Part shown: in pieces, positions 52,331-64,000 of the stretch
Layout: each line of letters begins with the position of its first letter
How positions within the stretch are numbered: the first letter of the stretch is position 1
NCBI GenBank assembly: GCA_964016885.1
Contig: OZ024740.1
Coordinates: forward strand, 273,606,001 to 273,670,000
Origin: Eledone cirrhosa
Taxonomy: Eukaryota
Length of the DNA: 64,000 bases
Direction of reading: 5' to 3'
Position numbers and translations under genes: made by a program
Notes under the pieces: generated by a model
Databases searched by the model: none
Seen by the model: the letters and a program-made list of their open reading frames with translations, nothing else
What the model was told of the DNA's origin: nothing

Positions 52331-54655
52331 TTAATTAGGTTTATAATATTTAAATGTTTTTTTTAGTTTATGATTACACGATATAATTAATTCCTGTCTT
52401 TTATTTAATAAGATATCCCTAGACTTCATTATTTCAAATAGTTCTTGGGAACATAATCTACATTCCTTTCTATTATTTTGATAAGGGGTGGCTCTTTTGA
52501 GCACACTCCAGGTCAAATCATATTTTATATTTTTATTTTTATAACTATTGATTTTTTCTGCTAGAGATGTTGTATTAGCCAGTGCGGCATTTTTAAAGCT
52601 ATGTTTGTGGGTATTATACCTTGTCTTAAAATTGTTAGAGGTAGCTCCTATATATGAGCAAATAGAATCTTTAGTTTTAACATTACATTTATAGACTATG
52701 TTGTTAATAAGACAATTCCCTTTTAATGGGCAGTTTGTTTTGTTTCTACAGTTACATCCTTTCGTTAATTCTGTATTTGAGGAGATATTATTGTTAATTT
52801 GATGTACTGGTGGTATACTTATGGTTTTCTTACATTTATATGCATTATATGCACTTATATTTTGTTTTATGTTATTTGTTGTAGAGTATGAGAATTTAAC
52901 TGTAGACCTATTTAAGATTTGATGGTATTTGTGGTTTGGCGGGAAGTTTTTTTCAAGGATATAAAAAAATTTTTTAGCAATATTATCCTTAACTTGTAAA
53001 TTAAAAGGAGCATTATACCAAGTAACTCGTCTATTACGGTTTCTATGTTGTTTATTATTTTTATTATTTTTATATGTTGTATCATGATTTTTACTAGGAG
53101 GATTAATGTTAATGATCTCATCACAACTATTTTTAGTTATATTTGTAGATTTAGGTGTTTTATCTTTTTTATTAGGAGTTTTATTATTAATATTTATTAT
53201 AGTCGTATGATGAGTAGTTTTTTGAGGGTTACCATACTTTATATTAGAAGATTTAGTATTTTGGGGTATACTGTGGGTGGCATTTAGGTGTGTACTTTTC
53301 ATTTGGTGTTTGTTGGTAATATTATGCTGTATGCTTTCAGTATTTTTAGTAGAAGGTATATACTCTAATCTATTTTTGTGGCCACTTCTATCTAGAGCTT
53401 CATTATAAAAGGTCGCATTTTTATCAAATACATCTTGGTTAGAAGAAAGGTTAGAAATTCTAAGTGATATATTATATGCAAGGTTTTTAAGGATAGATTT
53501 AGGGTGATTAGATTGTGAGTGTATGTAATGTAAGTTTTGGTTAGGTTTATGGTAAGGTTGGTATATACCCGTAGCTAAATCTAAAGTTATATCTAGGAAA
53601 TTTACTACTTTACTTGTTTTTTCAAAAGTAATATTAAGATTATAATAGTCTTTAAGGAAAGTTCTAATATGCTTTTTGTTTTTTTCGATTTCTGAAAGGC
53701 TAAGGTTGTTAGAAAGAAGAAGACAGTCATCACGATATAAACCACCTTTGAGGTGGGGAAAAGAGGCATTTATGTTGAAAAGGAGAAAGAGGCCCACAAG
53801 ATCAGTAATTTGGGCGGAATCGCTTGAACCCATAGTAATATCAAAAAGATTACTGTAAGTGTTTCTGGTCCAGTACTCATTCTGAAATTCAATAAGTGTT
53901 TGTCTAGCATGTGTAATAATGTTAATGTCATCCGAAGTTAAATTAGATCTATTTTTAGCAAATATTAATGCTTTGTTCAGGAGTATGGGTGATATAGAAG
54001 AATAGTAATTATCTATATCAAATTGTAGGAAAGAAGCAGAAGATTTACACCTAATATTTTTAAACCAATTAATTACCTGGGAGGTGTTTTCCCAGAGTGG
54101 TAAAATAACGTATTTTCTTATTTGTGGGATGACTCTATCTAAAATTTTTTTGCTAATTATTCCAATATCTGATTTGGAGGGACATATAAGTCTAATAGAA
54201 GGATTAGAGTTAAAGTTAGATTTGTGATCTTTCAGGTTGAAGTGTGGACTTTTCAATGCCAAAGGTTCAGTTCTATCTTCAATATTTAGTTTTTTTACTA
54301 TGTTGTGTGTTTTGTTGTTGATGTTGGTGAGTGACACATTATTAGATTTTTTATAATTTTTTCTGAGTTCTTTATATATGAACTCATTATAATGTTCAAT
54401 ATCCATATGATACAAGTTACCAGTTTTGTCCGAGTGGACATGGATTTTTTTAGACTTTTTTAGGTCCAATAGGGTAGAATCAAGGTCCTTTTGAAAGACG
54501 GATTTATACTTTTTAAATTTGAGGTGTTTAATTAAATTAAAAAGGTCTTTCTCGAAGTCTTCAAGTAAAAAGTTGTGTGGTGGATTCTTGTAAGTGTTGA
54601 AATCATACATATATTTCCGATCTGCTTGTTTAGATTTTCTATCGAAGTGGTAGGC
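52331..54655 (-). CDS. PLE RT/GIY-YIG polyprotein, open but missing ~40 N-terminal residues
   Basis: FDIDNYYSSI, FDITMGSSDSAQ, GLYRDD, FLDITL, SNHP, WYNAPF, CNCRNKTNCPLKGNC, IVY...YIG, CRLC. Confidence 0.93.
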   Translation of the reverse strand, partial: AYHFDRKSKQADRKYMYDFNTYKNPPHNFLLEDFEKDLFNLIKHLKFKKYKSVFQKDLDSTLLDLKKSKKIHVHSDKTGNLYHMDIEHYNEFIYKELRKNYKKSNNVSLTNINNKTHNIVKKLNIEDRTEPLALKSPHFNLKDHKSNFNSNPSIRLICPSKSDIGIISKKILDRVIPQIRKYVILPLWENTSQVINWFKNIRCKSSASFLQFDIDNYYSSISPILLNKALIFAKNRSNLTSDDINIITHARQTLIEFQNEYWTRNTYSNLFDITMGSSDSAQITDLVGLFLLFNINASFPHLKGGLYRDDCLLLSNNLSLSEIEKNKKHIRTFLKDYYNLNITFEKTSKVVNFLDITLDLATGIYQPYHKPNQNLHYIHSQSNHPKSILKNLAYNISLRISNLSSNQDVFDKNATFYNEALDRSGHKNRLEYIPSTKNTESIQHNITNKHQMKSTHLNATHSIPQNTKSSNIKYGNPQKTTHHTTIININNKTPNKKDKTPKSTNITKNSCDEIININPPSKNHDTTYKNNKNNKQHRNRNRRVTWYNAPFNLQVKDNIAKKFFYILEKNFPPNHKYHQILNRSTVKFSYSTTNNIKQNISAYNAYKCKKTISIPPVHQINNNISSNTELTKGCNCRNKTNCPLKGNCLINNIVYKCNVKTKDSICSYIGATSNNFKTRYNTHKHSFKNAALANTTSLAEKINSYKNKNIKYDLTWSVLKRATPYQNNRKECRLCSQELFEIMKSRDILLNKRQELIISCNHKLKKTFKYYKPN

Positions 54656-55545
54656 ATATATGTGTTATAATTGGTATGCATATTTAACAGATCTATGTAC
54701 AAAATTATACAAAATTATACAAATTATCAAGATTAAATATACATACCTAACTCATATATACGCCGTCTTCAGAAATAATGAAGTATATTTATTGATAATA
54801 ACAACAATTCAAAATATCAGTTCAAAATTGACCAATGAAAACACAAAGGGTTAAAAGCAGTTTGGTGTGTGTATATACATGCAAAAACCTTACACATATT
54901 TTACAATAATGTGTGTATAATTTGTATGTGTATACTAAAAAGATGGATGTAAACACAAAATTTCAAGGTTAATATCTCTGTAAGCTTAATGCGCTGATAA
55001 GATACGCAAAGATACTTATGGAGTCAAGCATATAAATATATTTTTTTCATACACACACATATCAGTATAATCACACATACATGTGCGTATATGCATAAAT
55101 ATACACATAACCACGAACATACAAACACACACACTCCCCCACTCACATTTATATATGTGGATATAAAATCATAAGCAAATAGAAATTAAGTCACTCACAT
55201 AAAAACACTGGTACACACATTTCAAGATCAAGATACAGAAATTAGGTGGGAGGGGGGGGGGGGGGAGGGGTCAGTATTAGATTGTCAGACCAGACAGCCT
55301 AAAATAAATGTATCTATAAATTAAGAAAAATAAAAAAATAAAAACAATAAAATATAATAAATGTACATACACATACAGATATACATACACATACATACAT
55401 GTACGCGCACATAGAGATATCTACACATACATACATACACACATACCTATACTGTCATACACACACATACATTTACACGAACATACACATACACATATAA
55501 AAAGATATAAATACACACACACTCACGCGCAACACATATACACAT

Positions 55546-55584
<39 letters not shown>

Positions 55585-55605
55585 TATACACACACACATA
55601 GACTC

Positions 55606-55639
<34 letters not shown>

Positions 55640-56104
55640 ATACAAACATATATATCCCCACACTCATACCACCATAAATATACATACAAACACCCACATG
55701 TATATATATATATATATATATATATATCCACATACACACACGTACACATATATATATATACATACACATATATACACATACATATATATATATACACACA
55801 CATAAAAAACAGACATGCACATATATATATATATATATATACATATTTCATTACTCTTATATATACACATAGTATATATACATACACAACCTCACTTATA
55901 CACATATACACATAAGTTATATTACAATAATAATAAAGAATAATATATATATATATATATACATATATACACACATATACATATATACATATACATATAT
56001 ATATACACACACATACATACACATACATACATACACCTAAACATATACATACATAAATACACACATACGAATAAAGACATATATTCACACATAGACACCT
56101 ATAT

Positions 56105-56138
<34 letters not shown>

Positions 56139-57727
56139 CTATATATATACACATACATACATATATATATATACATATATATATACATATACACACACAC
56201 ACACACACACAGACACACATACACACTCACATATACATATATATATATATGTGTATGTGAGTGTGCGCAAATACATATATATATACACACACACATACAA
56301 ACACACACAAACACATACATATGCATATATGCACACACACACACATATATCACATAGATACGAAGATAAACATATAAATAGAGAGACATACGAATATATA
56401 CAGAACCCATATACACATACATACAACCACGCATATACATATACATACATATATACACATATATATATTCATATATACAAGCATACACATACATACACAT
56501 ATATACATATACATACACATATACATACCACACATTCACATACACATACATATATAATACATATATATACATATATATACATACATATGTATGTACAATC
56601 ATATATACACACTCAATCTTACATTCATATTTACATGCTCATATATGTATTTTTATATTTAGAAATAAATACCAAAACCTATATAGACACCCACCTACAC
56701 ATATATTCATACATATACTCTTACAAAAACAGATGATAATAGTATGGGGGAAAGGGGGGGTTTGGAGAAGGGGATCAAAGTAAATATATGTTTCAAGAAA
56801 CATATAATATTTTCCGTATCTTAATTCAATGTATGTTCTTACATATTTTCAGTGCTAGGAAATACGAAATCTATGCATCCCAAAATAAAAAAGTATACCA
56901 TTAATCATATGTTAACTAAACCAAAGATAGTCAACATATTGATTTCCAAGGTGTAAATTAGTTAGGTTTATAATATTTGAAGCAAAATTATGAAGTCAAA
57001 CAGTAGTAGATTATTAATTACATTATAACTAAATTAAAGTTAATAACGTTATGGTATCAATATTAGGAGATGAATTTAGTAATAGGGAAAAGAAACCCAA
57101 ATAAAAATAAAATAAAGTATTACATCGGTAGTAGAATATAAATTATATGTTAACTAAATTAAAGATTATATATTTATTTCAATAGTATACGTTAATTAGT
57201 ATATGTTAATTAGGTATACAATACATAAAGCAGATATTGTATTTCATCAATAGCATAATATAATTATATGCAAATAAAAATCAAAATTAATACGCATACA
57301 TATACATATACATACACATACACATATATATACATATACACACATATATATATATATATACATATATATACACATACATAGATATATAGTCACATAAATA
57401 TACATACAGATACACATACAATACACACATATACATATACATATAGATATACATATCTTTTTCAAAAAATTGCACAGAATATATTAACTAGGTATATATC
57501 CAAAACACATCCCATTCTATGATTACATGACATTCTGCAATTCGTCTGTACAAGGATACTAATTTTAAGCAAATTAAAATTAAAGTTTTAGGTTGATTAA
57601 AACTAAAACCAAATAATAAATATATTTCCAAAATGTATATTAATTAGGTCTATAATACTAAAAATTCTTTCTCCGTCATAGGATACATGATATTATTTTG
57701 TTATATTTTATCTGTAAAAGAATTATA

Positions 57728-57763
<36 letters not shown>

Positions 57764-57951
57764 ATAATAAAAGGTTAAAATAAATTAAAATTAATCTATA
57801 AATTAAATTACTGAGTATATATTAGTAATATTTAAAGGTTTTTCAAAATTTATGATTACATAATATTTTCTCATCTGTAATAAAATATTAATTAAATTAA
57901 ATTTATAGGTTAACTAACATTTAAATTAAATTAAATTCTAGAATAATGTTA
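54653..57951 (-). repeat. Pseudo-LTR copy 2, lacking its 3' end and the 3' half of the hammerhead
   Basis: Junction GAAGTGGTAGGC|ATATATGTG joins ORF sequence directly to stem II. Confidence 0.9.
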
Positions 57952-60393
57952 TTAATTAGGTTTATAATATTTAAATGTTTTTTTTAGTTTATGATTACAC
58001 GATATAATTAATTCCTGTCTTTTATTTAATAAGATATCCCTAGACTTCATTATTTCAAATAGTTCTTGGGAACATAATCTACATTCCTTTCTATTATTTT
58101 GATAAGGGGTGGCTCTTTTGAGCACACTCCAGGTCAAATCATATTTTATATTTTTATTTTTATAACTATTGATTTTTTCTGCTAGAGATGTTGTATTAGC
58201 CAGTGCGGCATTTTTAAAGCTATGTTTGTGGGTATTATACCTTGTCTTAAAATTGTTAGAGGTAGCTCCTATATATGAGCAAATAGAATCTTTAGTTTAA
58301 ACATTACATTTATAGACTATGTTGTTAATAAGACAATTCCCTTTTAATGGGCAGTTTGTTTTGTTTCTACAGTTACATCCTTTCGTTAATTCTGTATTTG
58401 AGGAGATATTATTGTTAATTTGATGTACTGGTGGTATACTTATGGTTTTCTTACATTTATATGCATTATATGCACTTATATTTTGTTTTATGTTATTTGT
58501 TGTAGAGTATGAGAATTTAACTGTAGACCTATTTAAGATTTGATGGTATTTGTGGTTTGGCGGGAAGTTTTTTTCAAGGATATAAAAAAATTTTTTAGCA
58601 ATATTATCCTTAACTTGTAAATTAAAAGGAGCATTATACCAAGTAACTCGTCTATTACGGTTTCTATGTTGTTTATTATTTTTATTATTTTTATATGTTG
58701 TATCATGATTTTTACTAGGAGGATTAATGTTAATGATCTCATCACAACTATTTTTAGTTATATTTGTAGATTTAGGTGTTTTATCTTTTTTATTAGGAGT
58801 TTTATTATTAATATTTATTATAGTCGTATGATGAGTAGTTTTTTGAGGGTTACCATACTTTATATTAGAAGATTTAGTATTTTGGGGTATACTGTGGGTG
58901 GCATTTAGGTGTGTACTTTTCATTTGGTGTTTGTTGGTAATATTATGCTGTATGCTTTCAGTATTTTTAGTAGAAGGTATATACTCTAATCTATTTTTGT
59001 GGCCACTTCTATCTAGAGCTTCATTATAAAAGGTCGCATTTTTATCAAATACATCTTGGTTAGAAGAAAGGTTAGAAATTCTAAGTGATATATTATATGC
59101 AAGGTTTTTAAGGATAGATTTAGGGTGATTAGATTGTGAGTGTATGTAATGTAAGTTTTGGTTAGGTTTATGGTAAGGTTGGTATATACCCGTAGCTAAA
59201 TCTAAAGTTATATCTAGGAAATTTACTACTTTACTTGTTTTTTCAAAAGTAATATTAAGATTATAATAGTCTTTAAGGAAAGTTCTAATATGCTTTTTGT
59301 TTTTTTCGATTTCTGAAAGGCTAAGGTTGTTAGAAAGAAGAAGACAGTCATCACGATATAAACCACCTTTGAGGTGGGGAAAAGAGGCATTTATGTTGAA
59401 AAGGAGAAAGAGGCCCACAAGATCAGTAATTTGGGCGGAATCGCTTGAACCCATAGTAATATCAAAAAGATTACTGTAAGTGTTTCTGGTCCAGTACTCA
59501 TTCTGAAATTCAATAAGTGTTTGTCTAGCATGTGTAATAATGTTAATGTCATCCGAAGTTAAATTAGATCTATTTTTAGCAAATATTAATGCTTTGTTCA
59601 GGAGTATGGGTGATATAGAAGAATAGTAATTATCTATATCAAATTGTAGGAAAGAAGCAGAAGATTTACACCTAATATTTTTAAACCAATTAATTACCTG
59701 GGAGGTGTTTTCCCAGAGTGGTAAAATAACGTATTTTCTTATTTGTGGGATGACTCTATCTAAAATTTTTTTGCTAATTATTCCAATATCTGATTTGGAG
59801 GGACATATAAGTCTAATAGAAGGATTAGAGTTAAAGTTAGATTTGTGATCTTTCAGGTTGAAGTGTGGACTTTTCAATGCCAAAGGTTCAGTTCTATCTT
59901 CAATATTTAGTTTTTTTACTATGTTGTGTGTTTTGTTGTTGATGTTGGTGAGTGACACATTATTAGATTTTTTATAATTTTTTCTGAGTTCTTTATATAT
60001 GAACTCATTATAATGTTCAATATCCATATGATACAAGTTACCAGTTTTGTCCGAGTGGACATGGATTTTTTTAGACTTTTTTAGGTCCAATAGGGTAGAA
60101 TCAAGGTCCTTTTGAAAGACGGATTTATACTTTTTAAATTTGAGGTGTTTAATTAAATTAAAAAGGTCTTTCTCGAAGTCTTCAAGTAAAAAGTTGTGTG
60201 GTGGATTCTTGTAAGTGTTGAAATCATACATATATTTCCGATCTGCTTGTTTAGATTTTCTATCGAAGTGGTAGGCTCTCCATCTAACCCTTCTGATAAA
60301 ATTATTAGTTTTCTGAATCATAAGGAGTAAGAAGTCGTCCTTAGAAGGTATTGGTATGTTTTTTAAGGAGGTTCCTAAATATTGTTTTTCCAT
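57952..60393 (-). pseudogene. Full-length PLE ORF (~813 codons) with one nonsense codon
   Basis: Starts MEKQYLGTSLKNIPIPSK...FIRRVRWRAYHF. AAA>TAA at 58297-58299 falls inside the GIY-YIG motif; the frame continues to 57952. Confidence 0.9.
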
Positions 60394-60684
60394 TGTGATA
60401 TGGATGATGGACAATTGAAAGAGCTCAACTAAATGTATATGGGTTTACAAAATCATACATATATATATATGTTTATACATAAATATAAAATTAATACACA
60501 CATACAGTACAAAAATACGAATATTTCCGTGAAAATAGGAGCAAAATTATGTAGATAAATCTACCAAGAGTTTACGGTAGTGTCCAATCCGTATGAAGAA
60601 CTCAATGTATTCCGGATATCATGGAAAGAAGAGATGTAATGAAAATCCACTTTCGGTGAAAGATAAACGGTATACAGAGTCAAG

Positions 60685-61650
60685 ATAAAATATTAAACAA
60701 ATAATGAACAAACAATTCCTTATATTAAACAAAAAAAGTTCACTATTTAACGATCGTTTCTAGGGCATATATGTGTTATAATTGGTATGCATATTTAACA
60801 GATCTATGTACAAAATTATACAAAATTATACAAATTATCAAGATTAAATATACATACCTAACTCATATATACGCCGTCTTCAGAAATAATGAAGTATATT
60901 TATTGATAATAACAACAATTCAAAATATCAGTTCAAAATTGACCAATGAAAACACAAAGGGTTAAAAGCAGTTTGGTGTGTGTATATACATGCAAAAACC
61001 TTACACATATTTTACAATAATGTGTGTATAATTTGTATGTGTATACTAAAAAGATGGATGTAAACACAAAATTTCAAGGTTAATATCTCTGTAAGCTTAA
61101 TGCGCTGATAAGATACGCAAAGATACTTATGGAGTCAAGCATATAAATATATTTTTTTCATACACACACATATCAGTATAATCACACATACATGTGCGTA
61201 TATGCATAAATATACACATAACCACGAACATACAAACACACACACTCCCCCACTCACATTTATATATGTGGATATAAAATCATAAGCAAATAGAAATTAA
61301 GTCACTCACATAAAAACACTGGTACACACATTTCAAGATCAAGATACAGAAATTAGGTGGGAGGGGGGGGAGGGGTCAGTATTAGATTGTCAGACCAGAC
61401 AGCCTAAAATAAATGTATCTATAAATTAAGAAAAATAAAAAAATAAAAACAATAAAATATAATAAATGTACATACACATACAGATATACATACACATACA
61501 TACATGTACGCGCACATAGAGATATCTACACATACATACATACACACATACCTATACTGTCATACACACACATACATTTACACGAACATACACATACACA
61601 TATAAAAAGATATAAATACACACACACTCACGCGCAACACATATACACAT

Positions 61651-61689
<39 letters not shown>

Positions 61690-61710
61690 TATACACACAC
61701 ACATAGACTC

Positions 61711-61744
<34 letters not shown>

Positions 61745-61802
61745 ATACAAACATATATATCCCCACACTCATACCACCATAAATATACATACAAACACCC
61801 AC

Positions 61803-61838
<36 letters not shown>

Positions 61839-62213
61839 ACATACACACACGTACACATATATATATATACATACACATATATACACATACATATATATAT
61901 ATACACACACATAAAAAACAGACATGCACATATATATATATATATATATACATATTTCATTACTCTTATATATACACATAGTATATATACATACACAACC
62001 TCACTTATACACATATACACATAAGTTATATTACAATAATAATAAAGAATAATATATATATATATATATACATATATACACACATATACATATATACATA
62101 TACATATATATATACACACACATACATACACATACATACATACACCTAAACATATACATACATAAATACACACATACGAATAAAGACATATATTCACACA
62201 TAGACACCTATAT

Positions 62214-62249
<36 letters not shown>

Positions 62250-63837
62250 ATATATATACACATACATACATATATATATATACATATATATATACATATA
62301 CACACACACACACACACACAGACACACATACACACTCACATATACATATATATATATATGTGTATGTGAGTGTGCGCAAATACATATATATATACACACA
62401 CACATACAAACACACACAAACACATACATATGCATATATGCACACACACACACATATATCACATAGATACGAAGATAAACATATAAATAGAGAGACATAC
62501 GAATATATACAGAACCCATATACACATACATACAACCACGCATATACATATACATACATATATACACATATATATATTCATATATACAAGCATACACATA
62601 CATACACATATATACATATACATACACATATACATACCACACATTCACATACACATACATATATAATACATATATATACATATATATACATACATATGTA
62701 TGTACAATCATATATACACACTCAATCTTACATTCATATTTACATGCTCATATATGTATTTTTATATTTAGAAATAAATACCAAAACCTATATAGACACC
62801 CACCTACACATATATTCATACATATACTCTTACAAAAACAGATGATAATAGTATGGGGGAAAGGGGGGGGTTTGGAGAAGGGGATCAAAGTAAATATATG
62901 TTTCAAGAAACATATAATATTTTCCGTATCTTAATTCAATGTATGTTCTTACATATTTTCAGTGCTAGGAAATACGAAATCTATGCATCCCAAAATAAAA
63001 AAGTATACCATTAATCATATGTTAACTAAACCAAAGATAGTCAACATATTGATTTCCAAGGTGTAAATTAGTTAGGTTTATAATATTTGAAGCAAAATTA
63101 TGAAGTCAAACAGTAGTAGATTATTAATTACATTATAACTAAATTAAAGTTAATAACGTTATGGTATCAATATTAGGAGATGAATTTAGTAATAGGGAAA
63201 AGAAACCCAAATAAAAATAAAATAAAGTATTACATCGGTAGTAGCATATAAATTATATGTTAACTAAATTAAAGATTATATATTTATTTCAATAGTATAC
63301 GTTAATTAGTATATGTTAATTAGGTATACAATACATAAAGCAGATATTGTATTTCATCAATAGCATAATATAATTATATGCAAATAAAAATCAAAATTAA
63401 TACGCATACATATACATATACATACACATACACATATATATACATATACACACATATATATATATATATACATATATATACACATACATAGATATATAGT
63501 CACATAAATATACATACAGATACACATACAATACACACATATACATATACATATAGATATACATATCTTTTTCAAAAAATTGCACAGAATATATTAACTA
63601 GGTATATATCCAAAACACATCCCATTCTATGATTACATGACATTCTGCAATTCGTCTGTACAAGGATACTAATTTTAAGCAAATTAAAATTAAAGTTTTA
63701 GGTTGATTAAAACTAAAACCAAATAATAAATATATTTCCAAAATGTATATTAATTAGGTCTATAATACTAAAAATTCTTTCTCCGTCATAGGATACATGA
63801 TATTATTTTGTTATATTTTATCTGTAAAAGAATTATA

Positions 63838-63874
<37 letters not shown>

Positions 63875-64000
63875 ATAATAAAAGGTTAAAATAAATTAAA
63901 ATTAATCTATAAATTAAATTACTGAGTATATATTAGTAATATTTAAAGGTTTTTCAAAATTTATGATTACATAATATTTTCTCATCTGTAATAAAATATT
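60685..64000 (-). repeat. Pseudo-LTR copy 3 (cut by the window edge)
   Basis: Near-identical to copy 1. Confidence 0.92.
60739..60893 (-). ncRNA. Second intact long-stem-II hammerhead, ~350 nt upstream of the ORF start
   Basis: Identical to 49026-49180. Confidence 0.82.

Larger units (their letters stand above)
48972..64000 (-). mobile_element. Tandem array of a Naiad-like Penelope retroelement (pLTR-ORF-pLTR-ORF-pLTR, continuing beyond the window)
   Basis: Identical blocks at 49058, 54660 and 60771 (periods 5602 and 6111); RT-GIY-YIG ORFs lie between them; the 3' end lies in (TA)n at ~48972. Confidence 0.95.

Noticed and set aside
58297-58299. In-frame stop in the Naiad-like ORF as a possible selenocysteine codon (some Naiads are selenoproteins)
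   Set aside because: The codon is TAA, not TGA, and replaces Lys (AAA) in the sister copy; the Cys motifs are ordinary Cys.

Overview
Eukaryotic, AT-rich, microsatellite-saturated intergenic or intronic DNA. The repeat inventory resembles a cephalopod such as Octopus, which is an inference. No convincing host gene is present, and most listed ORFs are microsatellite artefacts. Main contents: (1) 48972-64000, a young, nearly identical head-to-tail array of a ~6.1 kb Penelope-like retroelement (PLE; RT + Zn-knuckle + GIY-YIG, Naiad-like) on the minus strand. Its 3.3 kb pseudo-LTR ends in a complete type I hammerhead ribozyme (HHR) with a 116-nt stem II, and it contains decayed serial copies of the ORF end plus a 1.3 kb compound microsatellite. 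(2) 16.2-32.8 kb, a pile-up of Tx1/L1-clade LINEs (+) and R4/Dong-like LINEs with a restriction-like endonuclease (-), all joined through (ATT)n or (CTAT)n tracts. (3) About ten small non-autonomous PLE derivatives and foldback elements in (TA)n tracts, several carrying recognisable hammerheads, including a 630-bp retrozyme-like monomer with terminal direct repeats. (4) tRNA-SINEs, a piggyBac-type MITE and a hAT MITE. All alignments and folds were done by eye.
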